Shown: positions 28,198-42,436 of the stretch, in pieces
Position numbering within the stretch: the first letter of the stretch is position 1
Layout of the letters: each line of letters opens with the position of its first letter
Source of the DNA: Eledone cirrhosa
Taxonomy: Eukaryota
Direction: 5' to 3'
NCBI GenBank assembly: GCA_964016885.1
Contig: OZ024742.1
Coordinates: 305,536,001-305,600,000, forward strand
Length of the DNA stretch: 64,000 bases
Made by a program: the position numbers and the translations under genes
The notes under the pieces: model-generated
Told to the model about the DNA's origin: nothing
The model's input: the letters and a program-made list of their open reading frames with translations, nothing else
Databases searched by the model: none

Positions 28198-29534
28198 TAT
28201 ATACTATAAAGCAGACGGCCGTATGTAGGTAACAATCTTTCCGCCAAACGACTGGACCAAACAGCACCAAATTTGCACCAAAGATATAACTTTTTCCAAG
28301 TAAAAAATGAGGGTATTTTTGTCTACTGAATTTTGTTAAAAGATTAAAGACGTTATTTAAATATTCACTTCTTTAAAATTTCAAATGTCAACACTTCGGG
28401 TTATACGTCATTCCTCCCTTTTTCTTATGACGTCGCACAACATTCCCCTCTTTTTCTTAGTCTGTCTTCTTAGATAGATACAGATCATTAGATAACGTTT
28501 TTCGAAATATTTACTTCTGCGTTCACAGACTGATTTTTTTTAGTTAAGGGTAAAAGCAGCGATTCTTTGCTTAAACTTTAATGTTATTTTAATATATATA
28601 TATTCGTGTACAGATATTTTTGCATACACAAAAACAAAAACCTATTTATTTCACGAAAGCACAGACGGCTTATCGTCATTGCTACTGTTGAAGGTTAGAG
28701 GACCACAGTCTTTCCAAGATCTGAGAACATTCAATGGCCATCAATGTTCTACTTTCCGTTTGGCTTGCCAGATGCGTGGTATGTTACACAATGACAGCAA
28801 TTGGCACATCACCCTGCAAGAAGCAGCAGCTGCTAAAGTCCCTTCTCAGCTGCGAACACCTTTTGCTATTATGCTGCATAACTGCGATCTCGCCGACCCT
28901 CTCGCACTGTAGAACAACCACCGTGAAAGTCTAGCTGAGGACATCCTCCACCGCACACGCAGACGCAATCCAAACGTAACATACGATGTCGTTTTCAATG
29001 AGGCGCTCATTTGTCTTGAAAACAGTGTCCTGGAGATTGGTGGTAGGCCTCTAAGTCACTTACCTGCTCCTGACAGGAGTGTCCAGAGGTCAACGTCTAC
29101 AGAGCTTCTCCGCAAGACGAGCTACGGAATCAGTGATTCTCCCATGGTCAATTGTATGTAGGATGCTCTAGGGTGAGCTCGCCAAACAATCTCTTCATCT
29201 TTGCTCAGGAGGGCCGAACAAAAAATATTGTATACTCTGAGGCTCCAACAATGTAATTTAAATATTTTCTGTTACTTGGAATTTCAATTATGGTTGTACA
29301 TATTATTGTTTGTTAAAAAATGTGCTCTCTGTTCTATCAATTTCCTTTAACGCAATGGCTGCTGAACTGGGGAATCCGAAAAACTGTTCAAACCCAACAT
29401 CAGAGCACGTTAACCCCCCCCCCTCGTTGACTTGAGAGGGCGTGCGGTATCTTTGCACTGGAGTGTAGGGGGGTTCCCTGAAAAGATAAAATGCCGGTAC
29501 ACCTAGCCCGACGTCAGCGGGACGGACCAGCTAG
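28198..29534 (+). mobile_element. Internally deleted non-autonomous Helitron inserted in (TA)n
   Basis: 5' TATACTATAAAG; 3' hairpin CCCG-ACGTCAG-CGGG then terminal CTAG (29531-29534) followed by T; RepHel coding relics inside. Confidence 0.88.
28679..29256 (+). pseudogene. Helitron RepHel relic (Rep-helicase linker fused to helicase C-terminus)
   Basis: LLLKVRGPQSFQDLRT..TFRLAC..GML..D..W..TLQEA..PSQLR, in-frame stop, then FSHGQLYVGCSRV...TKNIVYSE* (PIF1 motif VI). Confidence 0.88.
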
Positions 29535-29550
29535 TATATATATATATATA

Positions 29551-29703
29551 ACAAAGAAAGTGTGGTAAGATACCAGGTGGACCATAACGCACCAGAGTAC
29601 TCAATACTTAGGTAGTAGAGTGGGTAATAGGAAAAGAGTCAAGACGCCGACGGCTGAGCTCCGGCCGTTTTGATAGATCTGAAATCAGTTCGGATCTAGT
29701 CCT
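29551..29703 (-). mobile_element. PLE family 4 pLTR tail fragment
   Basis: Matches reverse complement of 46360-46481 and the copy at 49893-50010. Confidence 0.75.
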
Positions 29704-29713
29704 ATATATATAC

Positions 29714-29755
<42 letters not shown>

Positions 29756-30039
29756 ACAGGCTATCTTTGTTTTCTCGTGTTTTACTTTCGTCTGTGACCA
29801 CTACAGTGGCAAAAATGTTTTGGGCTTTTTATTTTCACCTATCAGACGTACGTCTCCTCACCTTATGCGTTATCGTTGTGCACCTGTTACTCATTCCGTT
29901 TTCTGAAATGAGAGATTTTAACATTTCATAGTTTATTCATTTTGTCTTAGCTAACCTCACTTTTAAAGACCTGTTTAATTGCCTACATATCTTTTTCTAT
30001 CAAAGGATTTATGTTCTATCTTAAAAAAAAAATGATGAT

Positions 30040-30218
30040 AATAATTGTTTCTACTTTTGGCACAAGGCCACCAATTATATCAGTGTATTACTGGTACTTT
30101 ATTTTCTCGACCCCGTTAGGATGAAAGGCAAAGTTAACCTCTCATCCTTACGGGGTCGATAAATTAAAGTACGAGTAATACATAGTTGCTGGCCTTGTTC
30201 CAAAAGTAGAAACATTTA
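30040..30218. mobile_element. Head-to-head pair of truncated SINE family B copies
   Basis: Minus copy 30040-30141 directly joined to plus copy 30142-30218. Confidence 0.75.
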
Positions 30219-31559
30219 TTATTATTTTTTATAAGATTTATTGTTCTTCATTTGCCCCCCCCCCTCCTCATCATCATCATAATCCTCCTCCTCCTCCTCC
30301 TGCCTTTCTCATCATTATCATCCTCCTCCTCCCCCCTTTCTCATCATTATCATCCTCATCTTCACCATCGCTACTTTCGTTGTGACCTCACTATTAATCG
30401 GTCAAAGACCCTGTTGTCCATGGCTACAAACTCCATCATCGCCCAGCTTCATTTGGTATGTCACACCTTCTCTAGCCTATGCCAGTCACTCGCTGTGCAG
30501 TCAGCTTTAACTTGTCATTGAGAAAGAGAAAACAATAGTGGGTTTTTATTCTGTGTTTTATCCAACTATAAGTCCATGTGTGTACTTATCTATATTCTAA
30601 ACATTAATATACTTTGAAATATAATATACAAATAGGTTTCTGTGCTTAAGGAGTTTACATAGCAATCGTTTCGTTGCGGGTTCCATTCGATTGCGCAGTA
30701 CTTTCGGTCAGTGTCTTTAGCTGTAAGCTTGGTTTGATCATTAGCTTGTGAATGGAAGTTAGTAGTCGAAAACTGTGCATCGTATACATATGTGTATTTG
30801 TGTCTGTATTTACCTTCACCAGATTAAACCGGTGGCAAATTGGTTTCCTTTGTTTCAAAACTATAACTAAGAGAACACATTTAAAAATTACCAGATTAAA
30901 ATATATATTGGAGCCGATATGATCACAAGTGAGGTGTTAACCTGACACGGTTCCCGAAGAAGAGGTCGAAATATTGTTATTTAAGATGTTGTTAGGTGGG
31001 AATAGTTGATTATATCGATTCATCAGTACACTAGTGGTACCTATTTTATCAAGTGAGGAAGGCTGGAAACAGTTTATTTTATCGGTTTATTGGTAAATAT
31101 TTTATCAACAGAGATAGGATTAAATGCAAAGTTAGGAAAATCGGGATTTGAACCAAAAATTTGGAATGGATGTATGTACTGAATGAGATTAATCAGATGT
31201 GGCTAAGAAATCAGTAGAGTCACCTAACATATTACAAAATATATATATGAAGTCTGTGGTGATTGTTACATTAATTATGATAATAGCTCTGATGGGGAAG
31301 ATAATGATGATGATCAAGGAGGCAAATATGATGTTGATTGTGGCAGTGATGGTGATGATAGTGATGGTAGAGGTAGATGAGATAGTGTCTATATGGATGA
31401 CTATTTGGTGATGATAATGATATTGATATTAAGGATAGTGTTGAAACTGTTGTGATGGTGATTACGATAACAACGGCGGCTGCTATTATGATGACAATAA
31501 CGATAGCTTTGTTAGTGGTGGTGGCGATTAGGATGGTGGTAGTGGTGGTAGTGGTGCTA

Positions 31560-31870
31560 GTAGATAGTCTGTGATGGTGGTGGTGGTGGTCGTAGTTAGG
31601 CTGTGATGGTGGCAGTGGTGGTGGTGGTGGTGGTGGTGGTAGTAGTTAGGCTGTTATGGTGGTAGTAGTGGTGGTGGTGGTGGCGGTGGTGGTGGTAGTT
31701 AGGCTGTGATGGTGGTGGTGGTGGTGGTGGTAGTGGTGGTAGTAGTTAGGCTGTGATGGGGGTGGTGGTGGTGGCCATGGTGGTGGTAGTTAGGCTGTGA
31801 TGGGGGTGGTGGTGGTGGTGGTGGTGGTGGTGGTGGTGGTGGTGGTAGTTAGGCTGTGATGGGGGTAGTG
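31560..31870. repeat. Minisatellite TAGTTAGGCTGTGATG + variable (GGT)n
   Basis: Anchor recurs ~6 times with variable GGT spacer. Confidence 0.85.
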
Positions 31871-32387
31871 GTTTTGACGACATTTGGGATTTTAATGAAA
31901 GTTTGCGGTGGTGCTGCTGTTAATTGTTGTGGTTGAGGGATTTCTGGTTGTGGTGCATGTGCCTGTGGCGGTTGGCCTTCTGATAGTATTGTTGATGTTG
32001 ATGTTGATCAGGTACTGGTTGGTGTGGTGATGGTTGTGGTGCTGGTAGGCGTTGTTGTGGTGTTTTGGCTGGCGTTTGTGTTATGATGATGATGGATATT
32101 GAGGTGGTTGAGGAGTTGGGGATGAGAATGTGTGTATATGTTCCAAAACGAAATTGTAATCTCTGTAACTATGGCGACTCTAGTTAAAAGTTATAAAGGT
32201 TATCTTTGATGTGGTCAGATATATTAATCGATTCTTTCGTTAATGACACTAATCAATACCTATTCTATTTCCTCTTGCCGTCTCTACCCATAACCTACAC
32301 CTCACCCTTCATTTCACTCTCCCCTTTGTCGTTCTCTTTAAAGTTATATATCGCACACAAATATATTATCCACAAGATCATGTTTGT

Positions 32388-32455
<68 letters not shown>

Positions 32456-32525
32456 GTATATTATATAACATTACTACTGTATATAATGTATATTATATAT
32501 ACCATACAATACCAAACGCACACGC

Positions 32526-32560
<35 letters not shown>

Positions 32561-32573
32561 CACATACACACAA

Positions 32574-32629
<56 letters not shown>

Positions 32630-32630
<1 letters not shown>

Positions 32631-32768
32631 TAAGTTATTCCGGGTTGAATTGGAGGTAACCACAGTAAGTAAGGTACTCAATACATAGCAGAGTATAAAA
32701 GTTTTAATTTAGAAGACCATATACAGCACTAGAACTGTTTCATTCGTGAGAAATCATCAGCAACCTCA
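32630..32768 (-). mobile_element. Hammerhead family 3 fragment with tail
   Basis: Minus CTGATGA-TTTCTCACGAAT-GAAA-CAG-TTCTAGTG-CTG-TA (32760-32722); helix I not intact; tail matches 8361-8411. Confidence 0.7.
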
Positions 32769-32789
32769 CATATATATATATATATAAAT

Positions 32790-33271
32790 ATGAAATAAAC
32801 GTGCTGCGGGGCTGCTAATGGGTTACATATGAATAAAGTTAGTCCTTCATCAGTGATCTTCCAACCATCATTGGTATTTCATCGCTTTAAAGACCATATA
32901 CCTCCGGTTGGTGCGAGCAACGGCTAAAAAAAGTCGTTGGGACACGTAAATAAAGGGGACACGAGTGTAAACAAACAAAAATGGTGAAGCAACGAAAAGT
33001 GAGGAAGAAGGAGTCAAGTCCCAAATTTCTATGAATTTAAATTCGGTGAAATCGTGAACGAGAGAGAATAAAGACAATCAAACCTGGTTGAAATGTGAGC
33101 AAGGAAGGAATTTCGCACAGGTCTAACTTTAGGAAGAAGGGGTCTAGTCTGCGAATTCGGTAAACATAAGTTCTGTGAAATCGTAGACGAGAGAGAGAAA
33201 AAATGCCGACCGGCCTGGCCAAGCGTGCGAAAGAAAAGAATTACGCACAGGTCAAACGGGAAGAAGGAGGA

Positions 33272-33273
<2 letters not shown>
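32790..33273 (-). mobile_element. Non-coding (TA)n-flanked element: ~129-bp diverged tandem repeats plus 3' rearranged hammerhead (32847-32911)
   Basis: GGAAGAAGG at 33003, 33132, 33259 and CGCACAGGTC at 33114, 33244; 3' part near-identical to 23867-24000. Confidence 0.75.
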
Positions 33274-33341
<68 letters not shown>

Positions 33342-33543
33342 ATATTTATCAGTGGGTGTTTCGGCTAACGTTTGTTAAAATTAAGCACAAAAAAAAAAAT
33401 TGATAAAATAAGTGCCCGGCTTGAAAATATGTACTCTGGTTGATAATAATCGATTCAATGAAGGAGGTACCCCAGTATGGCCACAATCTATTAACCGAAG
33501 CCACTAAAATCATACACACACTCTCTCTCTCTCTCTCTCTCTC

Positions 33544-33707
<164 letters not shown>

Positions 33708-34282
33708 TATTATATTCATATATATATATATATATATATGTACATATATCTATATATTTATATATACACACACACACAATCTATGACTTAACATTGAATT
33801 AGCTGAAGACAGCCACGTCATCTCACCCTCTTGTCTCGCCCTCCGTTTTATACCCTCTCTAAATATCATTTCTTCTCTTTCTTACTCTTTGTATTTCTCC
33901 CTCTCTCTCTCTCTCTCCTCCCACTTCTGCTGTCTTTATTTCTCCTTCTCACCCTTCTATTGTTTTCCAAGTATTTCATTCTTCACTTCTTGATCTCCTC
34001 TCCACTCTTTCTTCCACCCATTTTAAAGGAGTTTCTCACTCTCTCTTTTGTACTTAAATGTATTTATCCCTTCTCTATTTCCCCTTCCCAACCCCAGCTC
34101 CCGTTTCTATTTCTAATTTTCCCATCACTCACCTTCAATCGTCCATTTCCCAAACATATAACCAGTCTTGAAATTATTCTGTGTAGCTGTCCTTATGTCA
34201 TTAATTTAATTCCCTGGTCATCCGTTTCGACATCAACGACAGAGAATCCACCTCAATCAATCGAGATTTAGAGAGAGGGAGA

Positions 34283-34404
<122 letters not shown>

Positions 34405-35084
34405 GTAGGTATGATAGAAGAATTGGAGTGATCTTGAGACTACACTTACTAAGTAACTGATCTTCAGATATAATCTGTCGTTAACTTCACCACCACCATC
34501 ACTCCCATCACCACCACCACAACAACAAAGACCATCATCATTACAGCTACAAACACTATCCTCACCAATATTACCCCACCTATATCACTACTAAACAATA
34601 CCGCCATCTCTTCAATAAGCACCCGTACTACCATCAACACTACTATCACCAACATAACTACCTAACACTGCCAATGACACCACTACTACAAGCTGCAGCA
34701 CAATCATGAATGCAGCGATGACTACTGCCACTATCACCACTAACACTATCACCCCTACCACGTTATTACTTCAACTACTGTTACGACTGAGAACCCCTCA
34801 TAATGACAGGTACATAAACCTCAACACTTACAACATCAACAGGAGGAGAAGGGGGAGGAGGAGAGAGAGGGGGAATGAGGAGAGAGAGACCGAGAGAGAG
34901 GCTGCTATTGTCACTCTTCGCAAATAATTACCTGCTCTACCTATATGGCTGCATCGTCTACACTGCATGCACCTTCTATATTGCACCGTCTGCATGTTTA
35001 CATTGTTGTCTACACTGCAACATATACACTAAAACTTCGTGCCTCTACGTAGCCTCTACGTTCTACATTGTACCGAGTATGCTA

Positions 35085-37970
35085 CACCGTCTAGACTGCA
35101 CTTTCTACACGGCACCGACTATATTACACTGTCTATCCTCTACGTTCTACACTGCACCGACTTATTACACCATCTAGACTGCACTTTCTACATTGCACCG
35201 ACTGTATTACACCATCTAGACTGCACTTTCTACACTGCACCGACTGTATTACACCATCTTGACTGCACTTTCTAAACTGCACCGGCTGTATTACACCATC
35301 TAGACTGCACTTTCTACACTGCACCGACTGTATTACACCATCTAGACTGCACTTTCTACACTGCACCGACTGTATTACACCATCTAGACTGCACTTTCTA
35401 CACTGCACCGACTGTATTACACCATCTAGACTGCACTTTCTACACTGCACCGGCTGTATTACACCATCTAGACTGCACTTTCTACACTGCACCGACTGTA
35501 TTACACCATCTAGACTGCACTTTCTACACTGCACCGACTGTATTACACCATCTAGACTGCACTTTCTACACTGCACCGACTGTATTACACCATCTAGACT
35601 GCACTTTCTACACTGCACCGACTGTATTACACCATTTAGACTGCACTTTATATACTGCACCGGCTGTATTACACCATCTAGACTGCACTTTCTTAACTGC
35701 ACCGGCTGTATTACACCATCTAGACTGCACTTTCTGCACTGCACAGGCTGTATTACACCATCTAGACTGCACTTTCTACACTGCACCGACTGTATTACAC
35801 CATCTAGACTGCACTTTCTACACTGCACCGGCTGTATTACACCATTTAGACTGCACTTTATATACTGCACCGGCTGTATTACACCATCTAGACTGCACTT
35901 TCTACACTGCACCGACTGTATTACACCATCTAGACTGCACTTTCTAAACTGCACCGGCTGTATTACACCATCTAGACTGCACTTTATATACTGCACCGGC
36001 TGTATTACACCATCTAGACTGCACTTTCTAAACTGCACCGGCTGTATTACACCATCTAGACTGCACTTTCTAAACTGCACCGGCTGTATTACACCATCTA
36101 GAGTGCACTTTCTAAACTGCACCGACTGTATTACACCATATAGACTGCACTTTCTACACTGCACCGGCTGTATTACACCATCTAGACTGCACTTTCTAAA
36201 CTGCACCGACTGTATTACACCATCTAGACTGCACTTTCTAAACTGCACCGACTGTATTACACCATCTAGACTGCACTTTCTAAACTGCACCGACTGTATT
36301 ACACCATATAGACTGCACTTTCTACACTGCACCGGCTGTATTACACCATCTAGACTGCACTTTCTAAACTGCACCGGCTGTATTACACCATCTAGACTGC
36401 ACTTTCTAAACTGCACCGACTGTATTACACCATCTAGACTGCACTTTCTAAACTGCACCGACTGTATTACACCATATAGACTGCACTTTCTACACTGCAC
36501 CGGCTGTATTACACCATCTAGACTGCACTTTCTAAACTGCACCGGCTGTATTACACCATCTAGACTGCACTTTCTAAACTGCACCGACTGTATTACACCA
36601 TCTAGACTGCACTTTCTAAACTGCACCGACTGTATTACACCATATAGACTGCACTTTCTACACTGCACCGGCTGTATTACACCATCTAGACTGCACTTTC
36701 TAAACTGCACCGGCTGTATTACACCATCTAGACTGCACTTTCTAAACTGCACCGACTGTATTACACCATCTAGACTGCACTTTCTAAACTGCACCGACTG
36801 TATTACACCATATAGACTGCACTTTCTGCACTGCACCGGCTGTATTACACCATCTAGACTGCACTTTATATACTGCACCGGCTGTATTACACCATCTAGA
36901 CTGCACTTTCTAAACTGCACCGGCTGTATTACACCATCTAGACTGCACTTTCTAAACTGCACCGACTGTATTACACCATCTAGACTGCACTTTCTACACT
37001 GCACCGGCTGTATTACACCATCTAGACTGCACTTTCTACACTGCACCGGCTGTATTACACCATCTAGACTGCACTTTCTACAGTGCACCGGCTGTATTAC
37101 ACCATCTGGACTGCACTTTCTAAACTGCACCGGCTGTATAACATCATCTAGACTGCACTTTCTACATTGCACCGACTGTATTACACCATCTAGAATGCAC
37201 TTTCTACATTGCACCGACTGTATTACACCATCTAGACTGCACTTTCTACACTGCACCGGCTGTATTACACCATCTAGACTGCACTTTCTGCACTGCACCG
37301 GCTGTATTACACCATCTAGACTGCACTTTCTACATTGCACCGACTGTATTACACCATCTAGACTGCACTTTCTACACTGCACCGGCTGTATTACACCATC
37401 TAGACTGCACTTTCTAAACTGCACCGACTGTATTACACCATATAGACTGCACTTTCTACACTGCACCGGCTGTATTACACCATCTAGACTGCACTTTCTA
37501 AACTGCACCGACTGTATTACACCATCTAGACTGCACTTTCTAAACTGCACCGACTGTTTTACACCATCTAGACTGCACTTTCTAAACTGCACCGACTGTA
37601 TTACACCATATAGACTGCACTTTCTAAACTGCACCGACTGTATTACACCATATAGACTGCACTTTCTACACTGCACCGGCTGTATTACACCATCTAGACT
37701 GCACTTTCTAAACTGCACCGGCTGTATTACACCATCTAGACTGCACTTTCTAAACTGCACCGACTGTATTACACCATCTAGACTGCACTTTCTAAACTGC
37801 ACCGACTGTATTACACCATATAGACTGCACTTTCTACACTGCACCGACTGTATTACACCATCTAGACTGCACTTTCTGCACTGCACCGGCTGTATTACAC
37901 CATCTAGACAGCACTTTCTCCACTGCACCGACTGTATTACACCATCTAGACTGCACTTTCTACACTGCAC
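35085..37970. repeat. 42-bp satellite, ~68 copies
   Basis: Unit TATTACACCATCTAGACTGCACTTTCTACACTGCACCGACTG; 14-aa period in ORF track. Confidence 0.97.
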
Positions 37971-40228
37971 AACATCTACACTGTTTCTTCGACTTGCTAA
38001 ATATAGTATACAAATCTTTCTTTCAAATCACATAATACCTTTTCTTCAAAAAGGAGAAACGACATTCTCGAAAACGTAGCGTGAGTATGTCTGAAAAGAT
38101 AAGGTAATCATGGCTAATTAATCTTTGATTAAACACGGCTAATCTGTGGTTAAATATTAACACTGTGTCCCCTTCCACCACTCCCTTCACATCCCCTCAT
38201 TTACTAAACACCTACATCACCAAGAACACCGTTTTCAACAAAAATAACAGTGCGACTATGTTGTCGCTCGATCTGTTGGAAATTCTCACCAAATTTCTTT
38301 TCCTTTAAATACCATCTTACCATTTAAAAAAAGGGGAAGGACACGCTAAGAAATGTTTTTTTTTCTATATAGACTCAAGTATGGGACGGCCCTGGTTGGA
38401 AATTGAAACAACAGCCAAATCACCCCCTATCATACATTACCGTCTTGAATAAAGAGCAACAAAGATAGAAAAAGACAGGTTGATTATAGCTGTTATGTCT
38501 TTAATTCCATTCATGCATAAATTCTATAGGCTTCACAAAATAAAAATTTTGCATTTCGGCAAGGTTTCAATACCCATCCAGCCATATTCTCTTCCACTAC
38601 TTGTTTTAAGTCTGGTTTTAACGCTAGGTTTGAATCAAGGTTTAAATGTATTGCTCACTTTTGTTTGTCTATTTTCTCAGATTCATCTGATATATATCTC
38701 AAGTCTCACACAACACTCTCTTACTATAAAATATTTACTGTTTTTCCCTGTAGTCTGACTAACTTTCTGTTTAAATATTGCCGTATATTATATGTTAATT
38801 CTGAAGGTCATTTATAGGAAATATGATGGGACAGTTATAAACGCACAACTGCTTACATGAGATATACTATCTAATCTGTGTTTCAGGGAAACTTGGATGA
38901 TCTGTACCCCGAAGATGACTATGAAAGGGGTGTGGATGTAAATATATGGACTGCAGTGTGAATGATACAAAAGCCATACAACAGTTAGATATATACATGA
39001 ATAAATAAATAATTCTTAATACAAATAATAAAAAACTTTCGCAACTTGAAAGTGAGTATAAGAGCATAATATGAATTTTGCCTTGTTGCTTTCGGCTATT
39101 GTTTCACTGTTTACATCTTTAAAAACTAAGACTTGCTTTAAAGCTGCAGCAACTTTTGTAAGTAATAGAATTACATACCCTTGAAGGATACAGTAATTAT
39201 ATTGTAGTATATTACATTAAATTGAAAGCACATAAGTTTGAAAAAATATTTCTTCGTCATAACTTTTAAGTACAAGATAAAACGCCTGAATTAAAATGTT
39301 TAGCTGTTATTTTTGAAAGTCAGTGCTGAGCTGAGTATGTGATATAAAGTAACTTCCGAATTGTGTTTCCCCAAAATGGGAGTGGGGAAGCCGGATTTGC
39401 CTCAGAATTTTTTATAAGATTGATTTCTATCTGAGTATATCACTATCAATGCCATTATCATTTATACTACCAACGAGAAGTAAAATTTGCAAAACAAACA
39501 ACTACAAAAATCTACAAAACTTATCACTTGTGCCTCACTATTAGCTGCAACAATAAGAAACAAATACCGCTATTACAATAAACACTGTTAACACCGCCGT
39601 CGCCACCACCATCACCACCACCACCAGCACACTTTTTAGTAGTAGTAGTAGTAGTAGTAGTAGGTATCAATAGCAATGACAACATTTTTGAATATTGCTA
39701 TTCGTCTAGAACCACATAGCATCAATAGCATTTTACCTCCACATCCCCCGACAGCACAACCAATACCATCACCCCCACCCCACCATGTTCCATTCCTCCT
39801 CCTTACCCCTTACACCACCACCACCAGCATCAGTAGCATCAGCACAAGCCACCTTTCAACAACTGCACAAGAATCTAACAAACAGCAGCCTTATCTAAAC
39901 AACAAGTCTGCTTCTCCCACGAGGCAGAAATACAAAACTATTAATTTATTCTTTATGTTATTTGTAGGTGCAGCATCACTTCTTATTTTGTAAAAAAAAA
40001 ACAGAAATCAATAATATTTGTTATTAATTGATCAATACGATGTTGGTGATGGTTATGATTGAAGTATTGATAATGATGTACATCCAGAAGGGTGTCATTG
40101 ACGCTGCGGATCTGCTGGTCTGCTTCATATTTTACTCTAGGGGGATGCATTCCTAACGGGATAAACCTCATATGTTACCATTTTCGTAATGCAGCATCAG
40201 CGAGTTGCTTCAATCCTTACATACACAC

Positions 40229-40367
<139 letters not shown>

Positions 40368-40411
40368 ACGATATTAAACAAATGGAAACTATATTTATAA
40401 AACCATATTTA

Positions 40412-40473
40412 TTTCATTATACATATTTCGGGGATACCATATTAAAAATATGGCATGCCTTCTTCAGATAAAA
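40412..40473 (-). ncRNA. Minimal type I hammerhead ribozyme, family 6
   Basis: TTTTAT-CTGAAGA-AGGCATGCCATATTTTTAATATGGTATCCCC-GAAA-TATGTA-TA-ATGAAA, then AATAAA; sits between two (TA)n tracts. Confidence 0.75.
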
Positions 40474-40585
40474 TACAATATATAAACAGTTTTATAAATA
40501 ATTTTGACGTACCATAAATATTGAGCAACCGTTATGTAAGAAGCCGGTTTGGTAGTAACCCAACAATTTTAAATAAAACTTTTGC

Positions 40586-40618
<33 letters not shown>

Positions 40619-40619
40619 T

Positions 40620-40709
<90 letters not shown>

Positions 40710-40728
40710 GTATGTATATATATATATG

Positions 40729-40820
<92 letters not shown>

Positions 40821-40821
40821 T

Positions 40822-40976
<155 letters not shown>

Positions 40977-41245
40977 CACACACACATATATATATATATA
41001 TATTTATATATTTGTATATTTATATATGCATGTATGTGTATATATGCGTGTGTGTGTACATATATGAATCCATGTATGTATAGCTATATATACTATATAC
41101 TATATATTTGAAAAGGGGGTAAGGTTCTATATATATCTATATATAAAAATATATATGCACACACACGCATATATAAATATGTAAATATATATAATATATA
41201 TAGATACACACACGCTCAAACATATATATATATACATATATATAT

Positions 41246-42101
41246 AAATGGAATAGAATGAAACGAAATTTCATTTCTCACTCTTAGTACGGCACTTACT
41301 TAAATGTAAGTATGTATGTCTGTATGTATACGTACATACATATTTGTATACAGACGTACAGTAGTATGTATATATATACATACATGCACACATATATATA
41401 TGCACGTATCAGTTTACCGAACATTTATTATAATGCTCGGTTTGTTTGTTTGCAAACAAACAAACAGCCCGAATTACGCCGTGCAGTGTTTCGGCAACCA
41501 CGTCACCTTTTTGTTCAACACTGACACAGGAACGATGTACTAGTTTCAAGCTTATTAGCTATCATCAGTGCATGTATGTATATATATACATACTACTGTA
41601 CGTCTATATACATATATGTATGTACGTATACATACAGACATACATACTTACATTTAAGTAACTGCCGTACTAAGAGTGAGAAATGAAATTTCGTTCCATT
41701 CTATTCCATTTATCATTTTCGGTGCGCCCAGCCGACTGATCTCACTCGATATGCAAATTAGGCTGCTCAGCCGTTAATATGCATAAGGAAAGTATATACT
41801 TTCAGACGTTCAACCATCTGGCAGGAAGGTATACGATGCTGATGATAGCTAATAAGCTTGAAACTAGTACATCGTTCCTGTGTCAGTGTTGAACAAAAAG
41901 GTGACGTGGTTGCCGAAACACTGCACGGCGTAATTCGGGCTGTTTGTTTGTTTGCAAACAAACAAACTGAGCATTATAATAAATGTTCGGTAAACTGATA
42001 CGTGCATATATATATGTGTGCATGTATGTATATATATACATACTACTGTACGTCTGTATACATATATGTATGTACGTATACATACGGACATACATACTTA
42101 C
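41246..42101. mobile_element. Non-coding retrozyme-like/pLTR element: inverted copy + tail + head unit
   Basis: 41246-41568 is the reverse complement of 41839-42101 plus 41650-41712; 41569-41650 repeats 42019-42101. Confidence 0.8.
41822..41880 (+). ncRNA. Intact minimal type I hammerhead ribozyme, family 5
   Basis: ACGATG-CTGATGA-TAGCTAATAAGCTT-GAAA-CTAG-TA-CATCGT; GUA cleavage triplet (cut after 41869); helix I extendable by CAGGA/TCCTG. Confidence 0.9.
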
Positions 42102-42146
<45 letters not shown>

Positions 42147-42436
42147 CATGTATTCCGCTAGTGTATACAAGTGTTTGGTGTTTGAATGTGAATTTCTAAC
42201 GAAAGAACTGTAATCTATCACTGTAGGCCTAAAAGCAATCAATTTGGTCCGGGTTTGGGGGGGGGGGGGGGCAGAAAGGAGCCCGACCGAGAGGAAGGAT
42301 TCACATGTTTGCGGAAGTGGGGGATGAAATGAGTAGATTAGTAGGTTAAATTATTAGGCATCACAAGTATAAAAGGGACATTGGCCACCGGTTATGAGAG
42401 GCCTTGTCCTTACAAAGTGCAATTAATAACTGAGAA

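Noticed and set aside
35085-37970. CRISPR-like regular array
   Set aside because: Head-to-tail repeats with no unique spacers, no cas genes, eukaryotic context
35133-38079. 945-aa and 658-aa Cys-rich ORFs resembling metal-binding repeat proteins
   Set aside because: Translations of a 42-bp satellite open on both strands; no unique domain or credible start, and variants are not biased to synonymous sites
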